A stretch of 64,000 nucleotides of DNA from Kofleriaceae bacterium (GTDB lineage: Bacteria; Myxococcota_A; Polyangia; Haliangiales; Haliangiaceae), in assembly GCA_965215005.1 (NCBI GenBank), contig CBDCCZ010000006.1, positions 128,001 to 192,000 on the forward strand. The letters are read 5' to 3'. This document shows, piece after piece, positions 62,675-64,000 of this stretch (its first letter is position 1; each line of letters begins with the position of its first letter). The notes beneath the pieces are model-generated. The model had not been told where the DNA came from, searched no databases, and saw only the letters and a list, made by a program, of their open reading frames with translations. The position numbers and the translations under genes are program-made.

Positions 62675-62730
62675 CGAGCCCGCGGTCGCACAGTCTCGTC
62701 GTTGGACCGTACCGTGCATTTCTGATACCT

Positions 62731-62898
62731 ATGCGATCATTCCTTCTTGCCGTCATCGTCGTCGCTGGCGGCGGGATCCTTCTGTCGATGCTCGCCGCAC
62801 CGTTTGGGCTGCATCTCGATCTCACCAAAACCATCATCCTGAGCGTAGGCTTGACCATTCTCCTCAACTTCGTCCTCGCCATGTTCCGCGCCGGATGA
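62731..62898 (+). CDS. Small two-TM membrane protein (55 aa)
   Basis: MRSFLLAVIVVAGGGILLSML...TIILSVGLTILLNFVLAMFR; ends 4 nt before yihY. Confidence 0.6.
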   Translation: MRSFLLAVIVVAGGGILLSMLAAPFGLHLDLTKTIILSVGLTILLNFVLAMFRAG

Positions 62899-62902
62899 GT
62901 CG

Positions 62903-63862
62903 ATGAAGCGCCGCGCCAAGCGCATCGGCGGCCTGCTTTGGGACGCGGGCAACCGCTTTCAGGAAGATCGCGCCAACCTCCTGAGCGGCGCGATCGCCTT
63001 TTACACGATGCTGTCGCTGGCGCCGGTGCTAGTCATTGCGGTTTCGGTGGCCGGAGTGGTGTTCGGCGACCGGGCGGTTCAGCGCGAAGTTCTACAGCTG
63101 GTTCGCAGCTCCCTAGGCAAGGACGCCGCCGAGCTAGTCGCGATGGCCATGGACCACGCCGCAGTCGATGCCTCCGGTTGGGCGCTTCTACTCGGCATCG
63201 GTCTCACGTTCTTCGGCGCCTCGCGGATGTTCATCAAGCTTCAGGAAGCACTCAATTCCCTGTGGGGCATCCGCGATACGGTAGAGAGCTTCAGCGTGCG
63301 CGGGTTTCTCGGTCCGCTGTTTCGCAAGCGACTCCTGGCCTTCGGCACCATCCTCATCGTTGGTGTGCTTATCGCGGCGTTACTTCTCGCCAAGCTCATC
63401 ATCGCGGGGCTCGATCAAGTGGCGAGCCAGCAACTGCCTTCACTCACCATCCTCTGGCGACTTCTAGAGCTCGCAGTCTCGATTGCCCTCACCACAGTGA
63501 TGTTCGGGATCGTGTTCAAGTTCTTCCCCGACGTCGAAATACCGTGGAACGCGGTGTGGGTTGGAGCAGGAACCACGGCTGTTCTATTCAATCTCGGGTT
63601 GGTAATCGTTTCCGCCTACTTCGGCTACGGCACCACCAGCAGTCTCCCCGGCGCAGCGGGAACGCTCATGGCGATGCTGTTATGGATCTACTACTCCGCC
63701 AATGTCTTCTTCTTTGGTGTCGAGCTGAGCCGAGCGTGGCTCGAGAGGCGCGGCGAGCACGCGGTACCCGAAGACCACGTGGCGGTGCAACAGCACGGTC
63801 CTATTCTCCGCAGTGAAGAACCCGAGGCAGCCTCAATCGAGTCCGACGAGGCCGCCAGCTGA
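62903..63862 (+). CDS. YihY/BrkB family membrane protein (second, divergent copy)
   Basis: SGAIAFYTMLSLAP, LQEALNSLW, GAAGTLMAMLLWIYYS, FFGVE. Confidence 0.9.
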   Translation: MKRRAKRIGGLLWDAGNRFQEDRANLLSGAIAFYTMLSLAPVLVIAVSVAGVVFGDRAVQREVLQLVRSSLGKDAAELVAMAMDHAAVDASGWALLLGIGLTFFGASRMFIKLQEALNSLWGIRDTVESFSVRGFLGPLFRKRLLAFGTILIVGVLIAALLLAKLIIAGLDQVASQQLPSLTILWRLLELAVSIALTTVMFGIVFKFFPDVEIPWNAVWVGAGTTAVLFNLGLVIVSAYFGYGTTSSLPGAAGTLMAMLLWIYYSANVFFFGVELSRAWLERRGEHAVPEDHVAVQQHGPILRSEEPEAASIESDEAAS

Positions 63863-63897
63863 TCCATCGAGGCGCTTCGCATCCTCCCACGCAAGCC

Positions 63898-64000
63898 TCA
63901 GCTTGCGCGTGCTGCGCTGCTCGCCTCGCCTTCGGCCAGCATTTGTACGAGTGCCAAGGTGAAGGCGCCGAGGTCATCAGGCTTCCGACTGGTGATGAAG
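63898..64000 (-). CDS. C-terminal end of a PfpI/DJ-1 family (YhbO-like) protein, truncated at the window edge
   Basis: Manual translation FITSRKPDDLGAFTLALVQMLAEGEASSAARAS*; ITSRxPxDLxAF is the PfpI C-terminal motif. Not in the ORF track. Confidence 0.75.
   Translation of the reverse strand, partial: FITSRKPDDLGAFTLALVQMLAEGEASSAARAS

Noticed and set aside
32796..64000. Stress block as a mobile genomic island
   Set aside because: No integrase, transposase, tRNA or flanking repeat is visible, and I could not quantify a compositional shift by eye.

Overview
GC-rich bacterial chromosomal segment. The gene content (HDOD protein, PhaR-like protein, Ser/Thr kinase with DUF4388-like tail, PP2C, FG-GAP and NHL lipoproteins, DA/PDA-repeat lipoprotein) suggests Myxococcota; this is an inference. 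The left half (1-32.8 kb) is mostly housekeeping and signalling: lolC/E-like permease, K+-dependent membrane pyrophosphatase, enoyl-CoA hydratase, tatA, MltD-like LysM transglycosylase, moeA, RluA-family synthase, kinase, PP2C, groES-groEL with a CIRCE-like site, mutY overlapping folE, and an acyl-CoA oxidase. The right half (32.8-64 kb) is a general-stress/storage-carbohydrate block: a TPP enzyme + enolase-superfamily + FAD/Fe-S operon, DUF883, VKOR + SPW, glgE-treS/mak-glgB-GH57-treY-GH15, an SDR, a frameshifted ASRT-like gene, YihY and a partial PfpI. Main observations: (1) a stand-alone CarH-type (Wx9EH) cobalamin-binding protein lies directly upstream of two hybrid histidine kinases that resemble the output pair of RsbRST stressosome loci, with no rsbRST here, suggesting a B12/light-input phosphorelay; (2) sigma54-type -24/-12 motifs recur in front of the stress genes; (3) many genes have a TAnnnT box 6-8 nt before the start codon, suggesting leaderless mRNAs. 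I saw no rRNA, tRNA, CRISPR array or transposase/integrase. All family assignments come from reading motifs by eye; no database searches were run.
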